DNA of 64,000 bases from an uncultured Acidobacteriota bacterium (lineage in GTDB: Bacteria > Acidobacteriota > Vicinamibacteria > Vicinamibacterales > CAVVIG01): assembly GCA_963717075.1 (NCBI GenBank), contig CAVQVI010000023.1, positions 16,778-80,777 on the forward strand. The letters run 5' to 3'. Each line of letters starts with the position of its first letter. The first letter of the stretch is position 1. The position numbers and the translations under genes were made by a program. This document shows positions 9,709 to 20,178 of this stretch, piece by piece. The notes under the pieces are model-generated. The model saw only the letters and a program-made list of their open reading frames with translations, had not been told where the DNA came from and ran no database searches.

Positions 9709-11112
9709 CTAGTTCCGGGGCACCTGCGACCAGTTCGCCATGCGATTGTTGCCGCCCTTGGTGACCTGTCGCACGTTCTTGCCATCCCGATCCATCGTGA
9801 AGATCTGCTCCTTGCCGGCACGTGTGGATGTGAAGGCAATGTGTCGGCCGTTCGGCGCAAAGGTCGGACTTTCGTTCGAACCCTCGCCAAAGGTCAGCTG
9901 GCGCACTGTGCCCGTTGTCACGTCGAGCACCTTGATGTCGTACCCCGGGCCCGTCTGCGCGGCGAAGGCGATCTCGTTGAACGGCGCAAGTGACCAGGTA
10001 GCACGATCGGCCTTGTTTTCGTGCGTGAGCTGCCGCTGGCCGAGACCGTCACCGTCCATTTCCCAGATCTGTTCGGTCCCCGTGCGGTCTGACGTAAACG
10101 CGATTCGGGCACCATTTGGTGACCACGTCGGTGTGATGTCATCCGCGCGGTTGTTCGTCAGGCGTCTGAGGTTGGAACCGTCGCGATTCATGACGTAAAT
10201 CTCGGCATTTCCGTCGCGCCACGACGTGAACGCAATTTGCGAGCCGTCCGGAGACCAGGCGGGCAACATGTTCTGACTCTTCAGATCGGTGAGCCAGCCG
10301 CCGGTGCCCTCGTAGATGTTCGCCACGAAAATATTGGCCTGGGCGTTGTTCTGCCACCGGGTGTACGCAATCGACCTGGCGTCGGGTGACCACACCGAGC
10401 TGATATTCAGCGAGCGTCCGGTTGTCACCTGCTTCACGCTCTCGCCGTCATAGTCCGAGATCATGATGTCCTTGACGCCGCGCGCTTCAATCGATCCGGT
10501 CATGCGTTCGCCGGATCGGTCCGAGTTGAAGGTCAACTTCGTCTGGGCTACGCCCTGAAGACCTCGCTGCTGGCGGTGGATATCGTCGGACGCCCGATGC
10601 GCGTATATGCGTGTGTTCGCCACGCCGCCGTTGTACGTCATGCCAAAGGCCGATTGACGCGTCCGCACGTTGAAGAGGCGCACCTCAACGTGCACGCCCG
10701 AGGCAGTTTTCTGCACGGTTCCCACAACAACGCCGTCGGCGTTCAATTCACGCCACCGATCGAAGGGCACCGTCGTCATCGACGTGGCGGCCGGCACCGT
10801 CGTCACAACATCGCGCGGGATCAGGGCGAATTCGCGTTCGTAGTTCAGATCGTCCCAGAGCACCCGGCCAATCGTCTTGGCGGCCTCGACCGTTTCGTTG
10901 TCGTTCGACAACGCGATGAACTCGGGCACGGCGAGCCGAGGCGCCGCGCCCGGCTGATCGCCCGTGATCGTGGTGCTCACCTCAGTCGGCTGCTGAGATG
11001 CAGGAGGCGGCACTGGCGTCTGCTGCCGCGCGCCGAGCGTTGCCGCTGCGAAGACACCGACTGCAAACGCCGCAGACCATCGGACTGGGGCCACACAGAG
11101 TATTCGCATCAT
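9709..11112 (-). CDS. tolB: Tol-Pal system beta-propeller protein TolB
   Basis: Signal peptide MMRILCVAP..., an N-terminal TolB domain, then repeated WSPDG..IAF.S.R.G blades. The start is placed at an ATGA overlap with the upstream gene; the track ORF extends to 11331. Confidence 0.9.
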   Translation of the reverse strand: MMRILCVAPVRWSAAFAVGVFAAATLGARQQTPVPPPASQQPTEVSTTITGDQPGAAPRLAVPEFIALSNDNETVEAAKTIGRVLWDDLNYEREFALIPRDVVTTVPAATSMTTVPFDRWRELNADGVVVGTVQKTASGVHVEVRLFNVRTRQSAFGMTYNGGVANTRIYAHRASDDIHRQQRGLQGVAQTKLTFNSDRSGERMTGSIEARGVKDIMISDYDGESVKQVTTGRSLNISSVWSPDARSIAYTRWQNNAQANIFVANIYEGTGGWLTDLKSQNMLPAWSPDGSQIAFTSWRDGNAEIYVMNRDGSNLRRLTNNRADDITPTWSPNGARIAFTSDRTGTEQIWEMDGDGLGQRQLTHENKADRATWSLAPFNEIAFAAQTGPGYDIKVLDVTTGTVRQLTFGEGSNESPTFAPNGRHIAFTSTRAGKEQIFTMDRDGKNVRQVTKGGNNRMANWSQVPRN

Positions 11113-11891
11113 CGTATGTACTGAAAAGTGAGATGAACGGTGAGTGTAGGATTGAGGAATTCCGCTGGCAAGGGTGGAAGCTGATGTGTTGTCAGGATGG
11201 CGCGTTGGGCGCGAATGTCGAGCGGTGCGGAGCCGCTTGATTTTTCGACGGTCGCCGGACCGAGCGTGCCGTCGCGCTGGATTGTAAAAACAATCGTCAC
11301 CTGACTGGGGGCTTCGGCTATCGGGTCCCATTGCTGTCGAATGCGCTGGCTCATCACATCGAGATAGCCCTGACAGCAGAAATCGCTCACGTCCAGCCGA
11401 ACACCCGTACCGACGCCCCCGCTGGTTGAAAGCCCGAATCCTTGACCGCGTACGTTCGTCTCGGCCACCGTACTGCCGGCGATCGCTTCCCGGCCCTTGG
11501 ATGGGGCTCGACTGCGGGCCACGTCCGGCGCCTGTTTCACGGCCGGTGTCGGGGCCGACTTGATCTGCGCCTTTCCCGGGAGCGGCACCGTCATCTCGGG
11601 CGTCTTCGCGGCCGGCGGCGTGACGGGCTCGCGCGTGGCCTCAGGCGTTTCAACCTGAACGGCGCGGCCGCCCATTGCGGTCATCCCTCCGCTCTGGGGA
11701 CCCGGGGCGCCGCTTCCAAGCGTGATGGTCATCACCGACCGTGGCCGGTCCTGCCGATGCGGCATCAGTCGGCCATGTCCGACGATGACAAGGGCGACCA
11801 TTGAGGCGTGAACGAGCACTGAGATGGCCGCCATACGCTGGAGCCCCGAAGGCTCCTCCATCCGACTGCGGAGAACATCCGTCACATTCAT
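11109..11891 (-). CDS. TolA/TonB-family energy-transducer protein
   Basis: N-terminal TM anchor ([16 protein letters not shown]), a Pro/Ala-rich spacer and a TonB_C-like C-terminus. Located between tolR and tolB. Confidence 0.7.
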   Translation of the reverse strand: MNVTDVLRSRMEEPSGLQRMAAISVLVHASMVALVIVGHGRLMPHRQDRPRSVMTITLGSGAPGPQSGGMTAMGGRAVQVETPEATREPVTPPAAKTPEMTVPLPGKAQIKSAPTPAVKQAPDVARSRAPSKGREAIAGSTVAETNVRGQGFGLSTSGGVGTGVRLDVSDFCCQGYLDVMSQRIRQQWDPIAEAPSQVTIVFTIQRDGTLGPATVEKSSGSAPLDIRAQRAILTTHQLPPLPAEFLNPTLTVHLTFQYIR

Positions 11892-12349
11892 TTCCGACCT
11901 GGCTCGGTCGCAAGCAGACCCACATTCACCACGCCGGCGTCCTTGAGGCGATCGATCACATTCATCAGGTCCTGATACTGGATGCCGCTGTCGCCCCGCA
12001 AGTACACCTGCTTATTCGTCCGTCCCTCCATCTTCTGCCGGATTCGCTCCTGAAAAACAGCCAATCGAACGGGCTCCTCGTTGAGGTAGAGAATCTGTTC
12101 CTGCCGGTAGGCGAGCGGAATCGTCACGGTGAGCATGGCGCCCTCGACGGCCGTGGCCCGGCGGGCGACAGGAAGCTTGACGTCGATGCCGCTCTGAAGC
12201 ATGGGCGCCGCGACCATGAAGATAATGAGCAGCACCAGCATGACGTCGACGAGCGGCACAACATTGATCTCCGCGAGCGTCGTGGACACACGCCGGCTAC
12301 GCCCGAGACGGAAGGAGCCGGCGGCGCCGGTGGCCTGGATTTTCGGCAC
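11888..12349 (-). CDS. tolR: Biopolymer transport protein TolR/ExbD
   Basis: [22 protein letters not shown] segment with the conserved Asp. The GTG start overlaps the tolQ stop by 1 nt. The track ORF (to 12580) is over-extended through tolQ. Confidence 0.85.
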   Translation of the reverse strand: MPKIQATGAAGSFRLGRSRRVSTTLAEINVVPLVDVMLVLLIIFMVAAPMLQSGIDVKLPVARRATAVEGAMLTVTIPLAYRQEQILYLNEEPVRLAVFQERIRQKMEGRTNKQVYLRGDSGIQYQDLMNVIDRLKDAGVVNVGLLATEPGRK

Positions 12350-13125
12350 TAGGTGAAGTTCCTCTCGGCGATATTCAGGAATTCCATTGAGAAGTCGTCC
12401 ATCTCCGACGCAAAATTCTTTACGCGATGCGAGAGATGGTTGTAGAAACCGACGGCGGGAATCGCCGCAAAAAGCCCTGCGGCTGTCGTGATGAGCGCTT
12501 CGGCGATGCCTGGCGCGACAACGGCGAGATTCGTCGATCCCATTTCTCCAATCGTGCCGAACGTGATCAAGATGCCCCACACCGTTCCCAGCAGACCAAT
12601 GAACGGGGTAACGCTTGCGGTCGTCGCGAGAACGGTGAGCCGATGCTCCAGCTTACTGACTTCGACGACCGATGCTCGCATCAGCGCGCGGTCGACGGCC
12701 GGGAGACTCTTGACAATTGGACGCGGCGGCGGATTTCTTGGATGGCCCTCCGCAGCGTCAGTTGTTGAGGATGTGTTCTGGCGAAGCTGGGCCGTCAGTT
12801 CGGCATAGCCAGCCTGAAACAGGCCGACGAGCGGACTGTCGCCGAGCGATCGACAGACAGCTTGCACTTCAGAGAACTTGCTACTGCGCCGGAAGACATC
12901 GAGGAAACGGGCGGTCTGACCCTCCGAGCGGCGGAATGTCCACCACTTGTAGAGGAAGATGCTCCAGGATGCGATGGAGAAGAGGAGAAGGACGACCAAA
13001 ACGCTCCTGGCCACCCATGTGGATTTGGCCAGGGCCTCGACAACCGAGAATGTCGCGATTTCGGGCGCGGCGCCGCCGTCCCCCTGAAGCAACAGGGCAA
13101 GAAACGAGCCTCCAAGCGTGTACAA
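12349..13125 (-). CDS. tolQ: MotA/TolQ/ExbB proton-channel protein TolQ
   Basis: 258 aa, three TM segments, with the [14 protein letters not shown] and [12 protein letters not shown] motifs. Confidence 0.85.
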   Translation of the reverse strand: MYTLGGSFLALLLQGDGGAAPEIATFSVVEALAKSTWVARSVLVVLLLFSIASWSIFLYKWWTFRRSEGQTARFLDVFRRSSKFSEVQAVCRSLGDSPLVGLFQAGYAELTAQLRQNTSSTTDAAEGHPRNPPPRPIVKSLPAVDRALMRASVVEVSKLEHRLTVLATTASVTPFIGLLGTVWGILITFGTIGEMGSTNLAVVAPGIAEALITTAAGLFAAIPAVGFYNHLSHRVKNFASEMDDFSMEFLNIAERNFT

Positions 13126-13260
13126 ACGACCTCCGGGCTGACAACTTTGCGCCGCTGGGACAGCGCCACCGGGATTGGGGTCCCGACTGAGCGGGGCCCG
13201 GATCTAGGATGCGCAGAACTGTATCAGGTCGTGCAAACACCTGTCAACCCTATGTTATGA

Positions 13261-15051
13261 TTGAAGTTCTCGCCTTTTGAGATGCTCCGCTTCCTCAGCA
13301 TCAAACGTCTGGCTGTCATTGACGCAGTCGAGGTCGAATTCGACTCTGGCTTCAACGTACTTACCGGGGAAACCGGTGCCGGGAAATCGATCCTCATTGA
13401 GGCCGTTGGGCTCCTGCTCGGGGGGCGCGCCTCGGGCGACCTGGTGCGGACCGGCGAGGACCTCGCAACTATCGAGGCGATCTTCGAGAACGGTGGGGAA
13501 GAGATCCACGTGCGCCGCGAAATTTCGTCGCAGGGTCGGAGCCGGGCCTTCATCAATGGCGCACTCGTGACCGCCGCTGCGCTCAAGGAGTTGTCAGCAG
13601 GGTTGATCGAGATCCACGGGCAGCATGAGCATCACACGCTGCTCGATCCGCTCACGCATTTGAACGTGCTTGATACGTTCGGCGAGCTGGCTCCGCTCGT
13701 TGCCGCTGTTGAAGACGCATTCGGAGTCATGCACGGGGTGGCGGATGAACTCGCGCACGCGCGCCGCTCGGTGGGCGACCGTGATACCCGACTCGAGCTC
13801 GCGTCATTTCAACTGACTGAACTCGAGAAGGCGGCGATTAGGCCGGGTGAAGACGAGACCCTGGCCGCGACGCGGAAGGTACTGGCCAGCGCGGAACGCG
13901 TCGAGCGCCTGTGCGAAGAGAGCTATGCGTCGCTCTACGACAACGATGGGGCGGCCCTGGCTGTACTCGGTGGCGTCTGGCGGCGCGTCGCCGATCTCGC
14001 CGTCATGGATCCGCAGTTTCAGCCCTACCTCGACGCACGGAACGGGATCAAATCGCAACTCGAGGACCTGGCACTCTTCCTGAGGCGGTACGCCGACGGG
14101 ATCGAAGCCTCGCCAGAACGGCTGCAGGAAGTGGAAGAGCGACTGGCCCTGCTCGAGCGGCTGAAGCGCAAGTATGGGCCGTCACTGGCAGATGTCCTCG
14201 CGAGACGGGAGGAGCTGCGGCAGGAGCTTTCGGAGCTGGAACGTGGCGATGAGCGGCTCGCAGAGTTGGAGCGTCGACACACCACGGTCCGCGCTGATTA
14301 TGTAGCCGCAGCGGAGAGGCTCTCGGCGGCCCGGCGGGATGCGGCGAAGGACTTTCCGCCCAAACTCGAACGGTTGCTCGCCGAGCTGGCAATGGAGCGG
14401 ACGACCTTCGATGTGCGATTCGGGGAGCCGCTGCGGGAGGGCTCCTGGACTGCGCATGGCATCGACCAAGTCGAGTTCTACGTGTCGCCGAACCCAGGCG
14501 AAGAGCTTCGACCCCTGGCGCGCATCGTCTCCGGCGGTGAGCTGTCCCGCATCATGTTGGCCGTCAAGACTCTCACCGCGATTTCCAGATGCAGCGACCG
14601 CGGCGCGGGTGAGCGTCCGGCGCACGCCGCCGCGCCGGGTCTGATCTTCGACGAAGTCGATGCCGGGATCGGTGGACGGGTTGCGGATGTCGTAGGGCGT
14701 ACGCTGCGCGCGCTCGGTTCGGCGTTCCAGGTGCTCTGCATCACGCACCTCCCGCAAATCGCTGCCGCTGCGGATACCCATTTCGAGATCGAGAAGCACG
14801 TCGACGGTGGTCGGACCAGAACATCGGTTCGGCGGCTCGATGAATCCGCGCGCGTGGACGAATTAAGTCGTATGCTTGGCGGAGCAGCGGTGACGGAGGC
14901 GGTTCGGGCATCCGCCCGCGAAATGCTGACGCGGCCGACAGCAACGCGCCGCAGGTCAAAGCTTCAGGTCGGACCTGTGAACGAGTTGGGCGGACCCGCG
15001 GGACAGACGAAGGCGAAAGGCGAAAGGCGAAAGTCCCCAGGCGAAAGGTGA
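13261..15051 (+). CDS. recN: DNA repair protein RecN
   Basis: Walker A GETGAGKSI, a long coiled coil, signature SGGELSRIMLA and Walker B LIFDEVDAGIGG. The likely true start is MLRFLSIK at 13282. The last ~35 aa are low-complexity. Confidence 0.9.
   Translation: MKFSPFEMLRFLSIKRLAVIDAVEVEFDSGFNVLTGETGAGKSILIEAVGLLLGGRASGDLVRTGEDLATIEAIFENGGEEIHVRREISSQGRSRAFINGALVTAAALKELSAGLIEIHGQHEHHTLLDPLTHLNVLDTFGELAPLVAAVEDAFGVMHGVADELAHARRSVGDRDTRLELASFQLTELEKAAIRPGEDETLAATRKVLASAERVERLCEESYASLYDNDGAALAVLGGVWRRVADLAVMDPQFQPYLDARNGIKSQLEDLALFLRRYADGIEASPERLQEVEERLALLERLKRKYGPSLADVLARREELRQELSELERGDERLAELERRHTTVRADYVAAAERLSAARRDAAKDFPPKLERLLAELAMERTTFDVRFGEPLREGSWTAHGIDQVEFYVSPNPGEELRPLARIVSGGELSRIMLAVKTLTAISRCSDRGAGERPAHAAAPGLIFDEVDAGIGGRVADVVGRTLRALGSAFQVLCITHLPQIAAAADTHFEIEKHVDGGRTRTSVRRLDESARVDELSRMLGGAAVTEAVRASAREMLTRPTATRRRSKLQVGPVNELGGPAGQTKAKGERRKSPGER
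15012..15046. repeat. GGCGAAA heptamer microsatellite (3 tandem copies plus 1 after a 7-nt gap)
   Basis: Read directly from the sequence: ggcgaaa ggcgaaa ggcgaaa gtcccca ggcgaaa. It lies at the recN 3' end, just before the miaB SD/GTG. Confidence 0.8.
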
Positions 15052-15055
15052 GACC

Positions 15056-16411
15056 GTGGCGCGGACGTATCTGATCGAAACCTTCGGCTGCCAGATGAAC
15101 GTGCACGACTCAGAGCGCATGGCGGGCCTGTTGGAACAGGCCGGATTTGAGGCGACTGACGCCGCAGCCGATGCGGACGTCGTGGTCATCAACACTTGCA
15201 GCGTTCGTGAGCGCGCGGAAGAGAAACTGTACACGCGCCTCGGCGAGTTACGCGTGATGTCGGACGAGCACGGCCACAATCCCATTGTCGCCGTCACCGG
15301 CTGTGTCGCTCAGCAGGAGGGCGAGCATATCTTCAAACGCTCCCCAGGCGTCGCGGATATCGTCCTCGGCACTCAGGCCATTCGACGCTTGCCGATGTTG
15401 GTCGACCAGGTAACCGCCACCAGGTCTGAACGCTTTATCGACCTCGATCCGCGTGACGATGTGACGTTTCCGCTGGGCGTGACGCGCCGCAGCGATCCGG
15501 TGAAGGCATATGTCACGATCATCGAGGGTTGCAACGAGTTCTGCAGTTTCTGCGTCGTACCTCATACGCGGGGGCACGAACGGATGCGGCCGAAGGCCGA
15601 CATCCTCCAAGAGGTGCGACACGCAGCGCAGGAAGGACGCAGGGAAGTGCAGCTCCTCGGTCAGATCGTCAACCACTATGTGGCGCCGGACGACCCGTCG
15701 TGCGACTTCACGGGTCTCCTGGAGGCGATTCACGAGGTACCGGGCGTCGAGCGCATTCGCTTTGCCAGCCCGCACCCCCGGTACTGCTCCCTACGATTCC
15801 TCGACGCCATGGCGCATCTTCCCAAGATCTGCCGCCACCTCCACCTCCCGGTGCAGTCGGGTTCTACTCGCGTGCTGGGAGCGATGCGCCGACGCTATTC
15901 CCGGGAGAGCTACCTCGACCTGACCGAACGGATCAGGGCGTCACTCCCGGACGTGGCGCTCTCGACCGATATGATCGTCGGGTTTCCCGGAGAGACGGAC
16001 GCCGATTTCGAGGATACCCTTTCACTTACGCGGGCCGTGCGGTACCACAGCATGTTCTCGTTCAAATATTCGCCGCGACCGAACACATTGGCCGACCAGC
16101 GCCTGCGGGATGATGTGAGCGAGGAGCAGAAGACCGAGCGCATCGTGGCGCTGCAGGCGCTCCAGCGCGACATTCAACGCGACCTGAACGCGGCCTTGGT
16201 GGGCCGCGATGTCGGCGTGTTGATTGACGCGGCGAGCCGGCGTCGGGACACGGAGATCTCCGGACGGACGAGTCAGAACGTCGTGGTCAATTTTCCAGGG
16301 CCCGCGGACTGGATCGGCCGCACGGTGACCGTGCGGATCGAGCGTGCCGGCCCGCATAGCGTCTGGGGGACGGTCCGGGATGGGGTGAGCACCGGGTTTG
16401 GCCTGAGGTGA
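15056..16411 (+). CDS. miaB: tRNA-2-methylthio-N6-dimethylallyladenosine synthase MiaB
   Basis: N-terminal UPF0004 cysteines (TFGCQMN, NTCSVRE), radical-SAM CNEFCSFCVVPHTRG and a TRAM C-terminus. Confidence 0.9.
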   Translation: MARTYLIETFGCQMNVHDSERMAGLLEQAGFEATDAAADADVVVINTCSVRERAEEKLYTRLGELRVMSDEHGHNPIVAVTGCVAQQEGEHIFKRSPGVADIVLGTQAIRRLPMLVDQVTATRSERFIDLDPRDDVTFPLGVTRRSDPVKAYVTIIEGCNEFCSFCVVPHTRGHERMRPKADILQEVRHAAQEGRREVQLLGQIVNHYVAPDDPSCDFTGLLEAIHEVPGVERIRFASPHPRYCSLRFLDAMAHLPKICRHLHLPVQSGSTRVLGAMRRRYSRESYLDLTERIRASLPDVALSTDMIVGFPGETDADFEDTLSLTRAVRYHSMFSFKYSPRPNTLADQRLRDDVSEEQKTERIVALQALQRDIQRDLNAALVGRDVGVLIDAASRRRDTEISGRTSQNVVVNFPGPADWIGRTVTVRIERAGPHSVWGTVRDGVSTGFGLR

Positions 16412-16415
16412 TGGC

Positions 16416-16901
16416 ATGCAAATCGAAATGAGCATCAAGGGACTGATGGTCGACCCCTTCACGAACACGCCAATCGTGATCCTGCGCGACAAGGATGGCC
16501 AGCGCGTCCTTCCGATTTGGGTGGGGGTATTCGAGGCGAACGCAATTGCGCAGCAAATCGAGAATGTCCTTCCGCTGCGACCCATGACGCACGACCTCCT
16601 GTGCAACGTCATTCATGACCTCAAGGCTTCGGTGCAGAAGATTGTCGTGTGCGACCTTCAGGAGAACACCTTCTACGCATTGATCTACCTCTCGCTTGCC
16701 GGAGGCACCGTGGCCATCGACGCACGTCCAAGCGACGCGATCGCATTGGCGCTTCGCACCCGCGCGCCCATCTTCGTTGAGGATGCCGTCATCGACCATG
16801 CGAAGACGGTCGACTTCGTTGGGGAGAAGGGTGACGCCGAGCGCCTTCAGAGGTGGCTCGAGAGTCTCGATCCGGACGATCTCGGCAAATATAAGATGTA
16901 A
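16416..16901 (+). CDS. Bifunctional nuclease family protein (DUF151)
   Basis: 161 aa. PIVILRDKDGQRVLPIWVGVFEANAI and RPSDAIALALR are typical of BFN/DUF151. Confidence 0.7.
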   Translation: MQIEMSIKGLMVDPFTNTPIVILRDKDGQRVLPIWVGVFEANAIAQQIENVLPLRPMTHDLLCNVIHDLKASVQKIVVCDLQENTFYALIYLSLAGGTVAIDARPSDAIALALRTRAPIFVEDAVIDHAKTVDFVGEKGDAERLQRWLESLDPDDLGKYKM

Positions 16902-16995
16902 CGGACGGGGAAGGAAGCGAGAGGCGCGCGTAGAGGCCGCATTTCACACGTCGGCACGGCACGACATCTGCTAGAATCCTCTCGGCCCTGTCCCG

Positions 16996-17751
16996 ATGAT
17001 CGTCGCCATCGCCAACCAGAAGGGCGGCGTGGGTAAGACCACGACCGCCATCAACCTCGCCGCTGCGCTGGCGCTGCGTGGCAAACGCACGCTGCTCATC
17101 GACCTCGATCCGCAGGCCAACAGCACGATGTCATTCCTCGAAATGCCCGAGGTGACGCGTACGGTCTACGACGCGATTGCCGATCCGGCCGCCAGCCTGC
17201 GGGACGTGGTGCTCCAATCGCCGATCGAGAACCTGTGGGTGGCGCCGTCGCGCATCGCGCTCGCCAAGCTCGAAGCGCGGCTCGTGGGGGAGATGGACGC
17301 CCATTTTCGCTTGAAGGACAAGCTCGAGCCCCTGTTGGCGGATTTTCCGCAAGTTGTCATCGACTGCCCCCCGACGCTCGGTCTCTTGACGGTTAACGCC
17401 CTGGTTGCGGCGACGCATCTGCTCATTCCGATTCAGTCATCCTATTTCGCGCTCGAAGGCACCGACGATTTGCTCGAGACGATCGAAAAGGTGCGAGCGC
17501 GGCCCAATCCGGCTCTACGAATTCTGGGTGTGGTCATTACGATGCACGATAAGCGGACGGCGCTGGCCAGGGACATCCGGATGCAGATTCAGAAGGTATT
17601 CGGCGGGAAGGTGTTCAAGACCGTGATTACCAAGAGCGTACGCCTTGAGGAAAGCCCTGCCTACAAGGAGTCGATTTTCACGTTCGCTCCCGACTCGACG
17701 GGCGCGACGGAATACTACCGGCTGTGCGAGGAGGTCATCGACCGTGCCTAG
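16996..17751 (+). CDS. parA: Chromosome partitioning ATPase ParA/Soj
   Basis: Deviant Walker A NQKGGVGKTTT, DCPP and the full ParA length (251 aa). Confidence 0.9.
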   Translation: MIVAIANQKGGVGKTTTAINLAAALALRGKRTLLIDLDPQANSTMSFLEMPEVTRTVYDAIADPAASLRDVVLQSPIENLWVAPSRIALAKLEARLVGEMDAHFRLKDKLEPLLADFPQVVIDCPPTLGLLTVNALVAATHLLIPIQSSYFALEGTDDLLETIEKVRARPNPALRILGVVITMHDKRTALARDIRMQIQKVFGGKVFKTVITKSVRLEESPAYKESIFTFAPDSTGATEYYRLCEEVIDRA

Positions 17752-18568
17752 ACGTGGATTGCCGGATTTCGTTTCCATGCGTCACGACGAGCATTATGTG
17801 GAAGCACTGGCCGCATCGGCCGGGACGCCGGTCGGCCGCATGGTGCCGATTGAGCTGATGGACCCGAATCCAAACCAACCCCGCCAGGTCATGGGGGACC
17901 TGGCCGAGCTCATCGCCTCGATCAGCGAGAAGGGCGTGATCGAGCCCCTCGTCGTTCGCCAGCGCGGCGACCGTTTCCAGATCATCGCCGGCGAGCGCCG
18001 GTATCAGGCCTCGGTCCGGGCGGGTCTGCGTGAACTGCCGGTCGTGATCCGCGAAGTGGACGACACCGAGGTCATCGAGTTGGCCTTGATCGAGAACCTG
18101 CAGCGGAAGGACCTGACGCCGTTCGAGGAAGCCGAGGCGCTGCATGGGCTCGCGGAGCGGTGCGGGTACACGCACGAGGATCTTGCACGCCACCTCGGGA
18201 AGTCTCGCACCTCCATTACGGAATCGCTGGCCCTCAACGGCATGCCTGACGCGGTGAGAAGTCTCTGTCGGCTGGCCGACATTTCTGCTAAGTCTTTGCT
18301 TTTACAGGTTGTTAGGCAGGAGACTCCAGAGAAAATGACCGCTCTGGTCGAGAAGATGGCGAGCCAGGGAGGTGGAACGACACGCAAGCAGCTTCGAGAG
18401 GCCACGACGAAGCCAAAGACGGGTCGCCCGAAGCACTACACATTTGCTTACCGACCGCCAACCAAGCTGTTCAATCTCAAGTTGAGCTTTACGAAGAGTC
18501 GTGTCCACCGCGACGAGATCATCAGCGCCCTCGAAGCTATTATCGACGACCTTCGCAAGCAGAAATAG
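17744..18568 (+). CDS. parB: Chromosome partitioning protein ParB/Spo0J
   Basis: ParB box GVIEPLVV..FQIIAGERRYQA and an HTH (HEDLARHLGKSRTSITESL). The GTG start overlaps the parA stop; the track ORF starts too early at 17645. Confidence 0.9.
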   Translation: MPRRGLPDFVSMRHDEHYVEALAASAGTPVGRMVPIELMDPNPNQPRQVMGDLAELIASISEKGVIEPLVVRQRGDRFQIIAGERRYQASVRAGLRELPVVIREVDDTEVIELALIENLQRKDLTPFEEAEALHGLAERCGYTHEDLARHLGKSRTSITESLALNGMPDAVRSLCRLADISAKSLLLQVVRQETPEKMTALVEKMASQGGGTTRKQLREATTKPKTGRPKHYTFAYRPPTKLFNLKLSFTKSRVHRDEIISALEAIIDDLRKQK

Positions 18569-18953
18569 AAATAGGGTTGCCGGTCTCGCCATCGTCGGTT
18601 CGGCCGCCGGCGGGTGGGACCCGACACGTTACTGAATCGCGCATCGCAGGCCGGATGCCGGCCCTCGTTCGGACGCAGCGAATCTTTCGGTTCAACACGC
18701 GTGTCACCGCCAGCGCGAGATGACGCGCCACGAAAGGGTGCGGACCCCGCGGGCGCCGTACGAGCCGTTCGATGGCGCTCGAGCCGGCCCGTCCCGAAGG
18801 TAGTCCGCGGTCGAACGGGAAGCGCCCTTCGATCAGAGTCCCATACACGGAATCACCGGCCCTCAACGGCATGCCTGACGCGGTCTGTCAGCTGGCCGAC
18901 ATTTCCGCTCCGAAGTAGTCCACGGTCAAAGGGAAGCCTCCCTCGGTCAGAGT

Positions 18954-19317
18954 CCCACAAACGGAATCGCCGGGTCAACGGCATGCCTGACGCGGCGAGA
19001 AGCCTCTGTCGGCTGGCCGACATTTCTGCTAAGTCTGTGCTTTTACAGGTTGTTAGGCAAGAGAGGCCTGAGAAAATGACCGCTCTCGTAGAGAAGATGG
19101 CGAGCCAGGGAGGCGGAACGACACGCAAGCATCTTCCAGAGGCCACGACGAAGCCAACGACGGGTTGCCCGAAGGCTCTAGAAATATTTGCCTACCGACC
19201 GCCAGCCAAGCTGTTCAATCGAAAGCTGAGCTTTACGGAGAGTCGCGTCCACGGCAACGAGATCATCGGCGCCCTGGAAGCCACGTCGACGACCTCGGCA
19301 AGCAGAAATAGAAATAG
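18954..19317 (+). pseudogene. Non-functional copy of the parB 3' end (copy A2)
   Basis: Aligns by eye to parB 18214-18574 (NGMPDAARSLCRLADISAKSVLLQVVRQE...). It has no 5' part and carries a 1-nt deletion near the end (gccacgtcgac versus gctattatcgac). Confidence 0.85.
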
Positions 19318-19821
19318 GGTTGCCGGTCTCGCCACCGTCGGTTCGGCCGGCGGCGGGTGGACGCGGTACGTCACTGAATCGCGCATCGCAGGCCGGACAC
19401 CGGCCGCCCTTGGCTCGCACGCAGCGAATCTTTCGGTCAACACCGCGTCACTGCAGCGCGAGATGACGCGCCCACGAAAGCGTGCGGACCGGCAGGCTCC
19501 GCACGAGCGTCCGATGGCCCTCGAGGCGGCGTCCGGAATATCCGGAACAGAAGGTTGCCGGTCTCGCCACCGTCGGTTCGGCCGCCGGCGGGCGGGATCC
19601 GACACGTTACTGAATCGCGCGTCGCAGGCCGGATGCCATCCGCCCCGGTTCGGACGCAGGGAATCTTCGGTTCAACACGCGTGTTACTGCAGCGCGGTGA
19701 TGACGCGCCCAGCGAAAGGGTGCGGACCCCGCGGGCGCGCACGAGCCGTTCGATGGCTCTCGAGCCGGCCCGTCCCGAAGTAGTCCGCGGTCGAAAGGGA
19801 AGCGCCCCTTCGGTCAGAGTC

Positions 19822-20178
19822 CCATACACGGAATCACCGGCCCTCAACGGCATGCCTGACGCGGCGAGAAGTCTCTGTCGGCTGGCCGACATTTCTGCTA
19901 AGTCTCTGTTTTATGGGTTGTTAGGCAAGAGACTCCTGAGAAAATGACCGCCCTCGTCGACAAGATGGCGGGCCAGGGAGGTGGAACGACACGCAAGCAG
20001 CTTCGAGAGGCCACGACGAAGCCAACGACCGGTCGCCCGAAGCACTAGAAACATTTGCCTATCGACCGCCAGCCAAGCTGTTCAATAGAAAGCTGAGCCT
20101 TGCGGAGACTCGTGTCCGTGGCGACGAGATCATCGGCGCCCTGGAAGCCACGTCGACGACCTCGGCAAGTAGAAATAG
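19822..20178 (+). pseudogene. Non-functional copy of the parB 3' end (copy A3)
   Basis: Same segment as A2. TAC became TAG at 20046-20048 and there are extra indels. It shares derived changes with A2. Confidence 0.85.

Noticed and set aside
13190-13260. LexA/SOS box upstream of recN (CTGTATCAGGTCGTGCAAACACCTGTC)
   Set aside because: It does not fit CTGT-N8-ACAG or the other LexA consensus types I know (GAAC-N4-GTTC, GTTC-N7-GTTC). The LexA motif for this lineage is unknown to me.
15020-15048. GCGAAAGTCCCCAGG, resembling the GAGGAAAGUCCGGGC conserved region of RNase P RNA
   Set aside because: It is part of the GGCGAAA microsatellite, squeezed between recN and miaB with coding sequence on both sides. 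There is no room for a 350-400-nt RNase P RNA and no other conserved regions.
18614-19783. 389-aa ORF (and ORFs 19437..19892, 18540..18872, 20194..20439) covering the repeat array after parB
   Set aside because: These ORFs run through the diverged repeat copies and are Arg/Pro/Gly-rich. The copies differ by indels, so no frame is conserved between units. They are best explained as chance open frames in GC-rich non-coding DNA plus decayed parB fragments.
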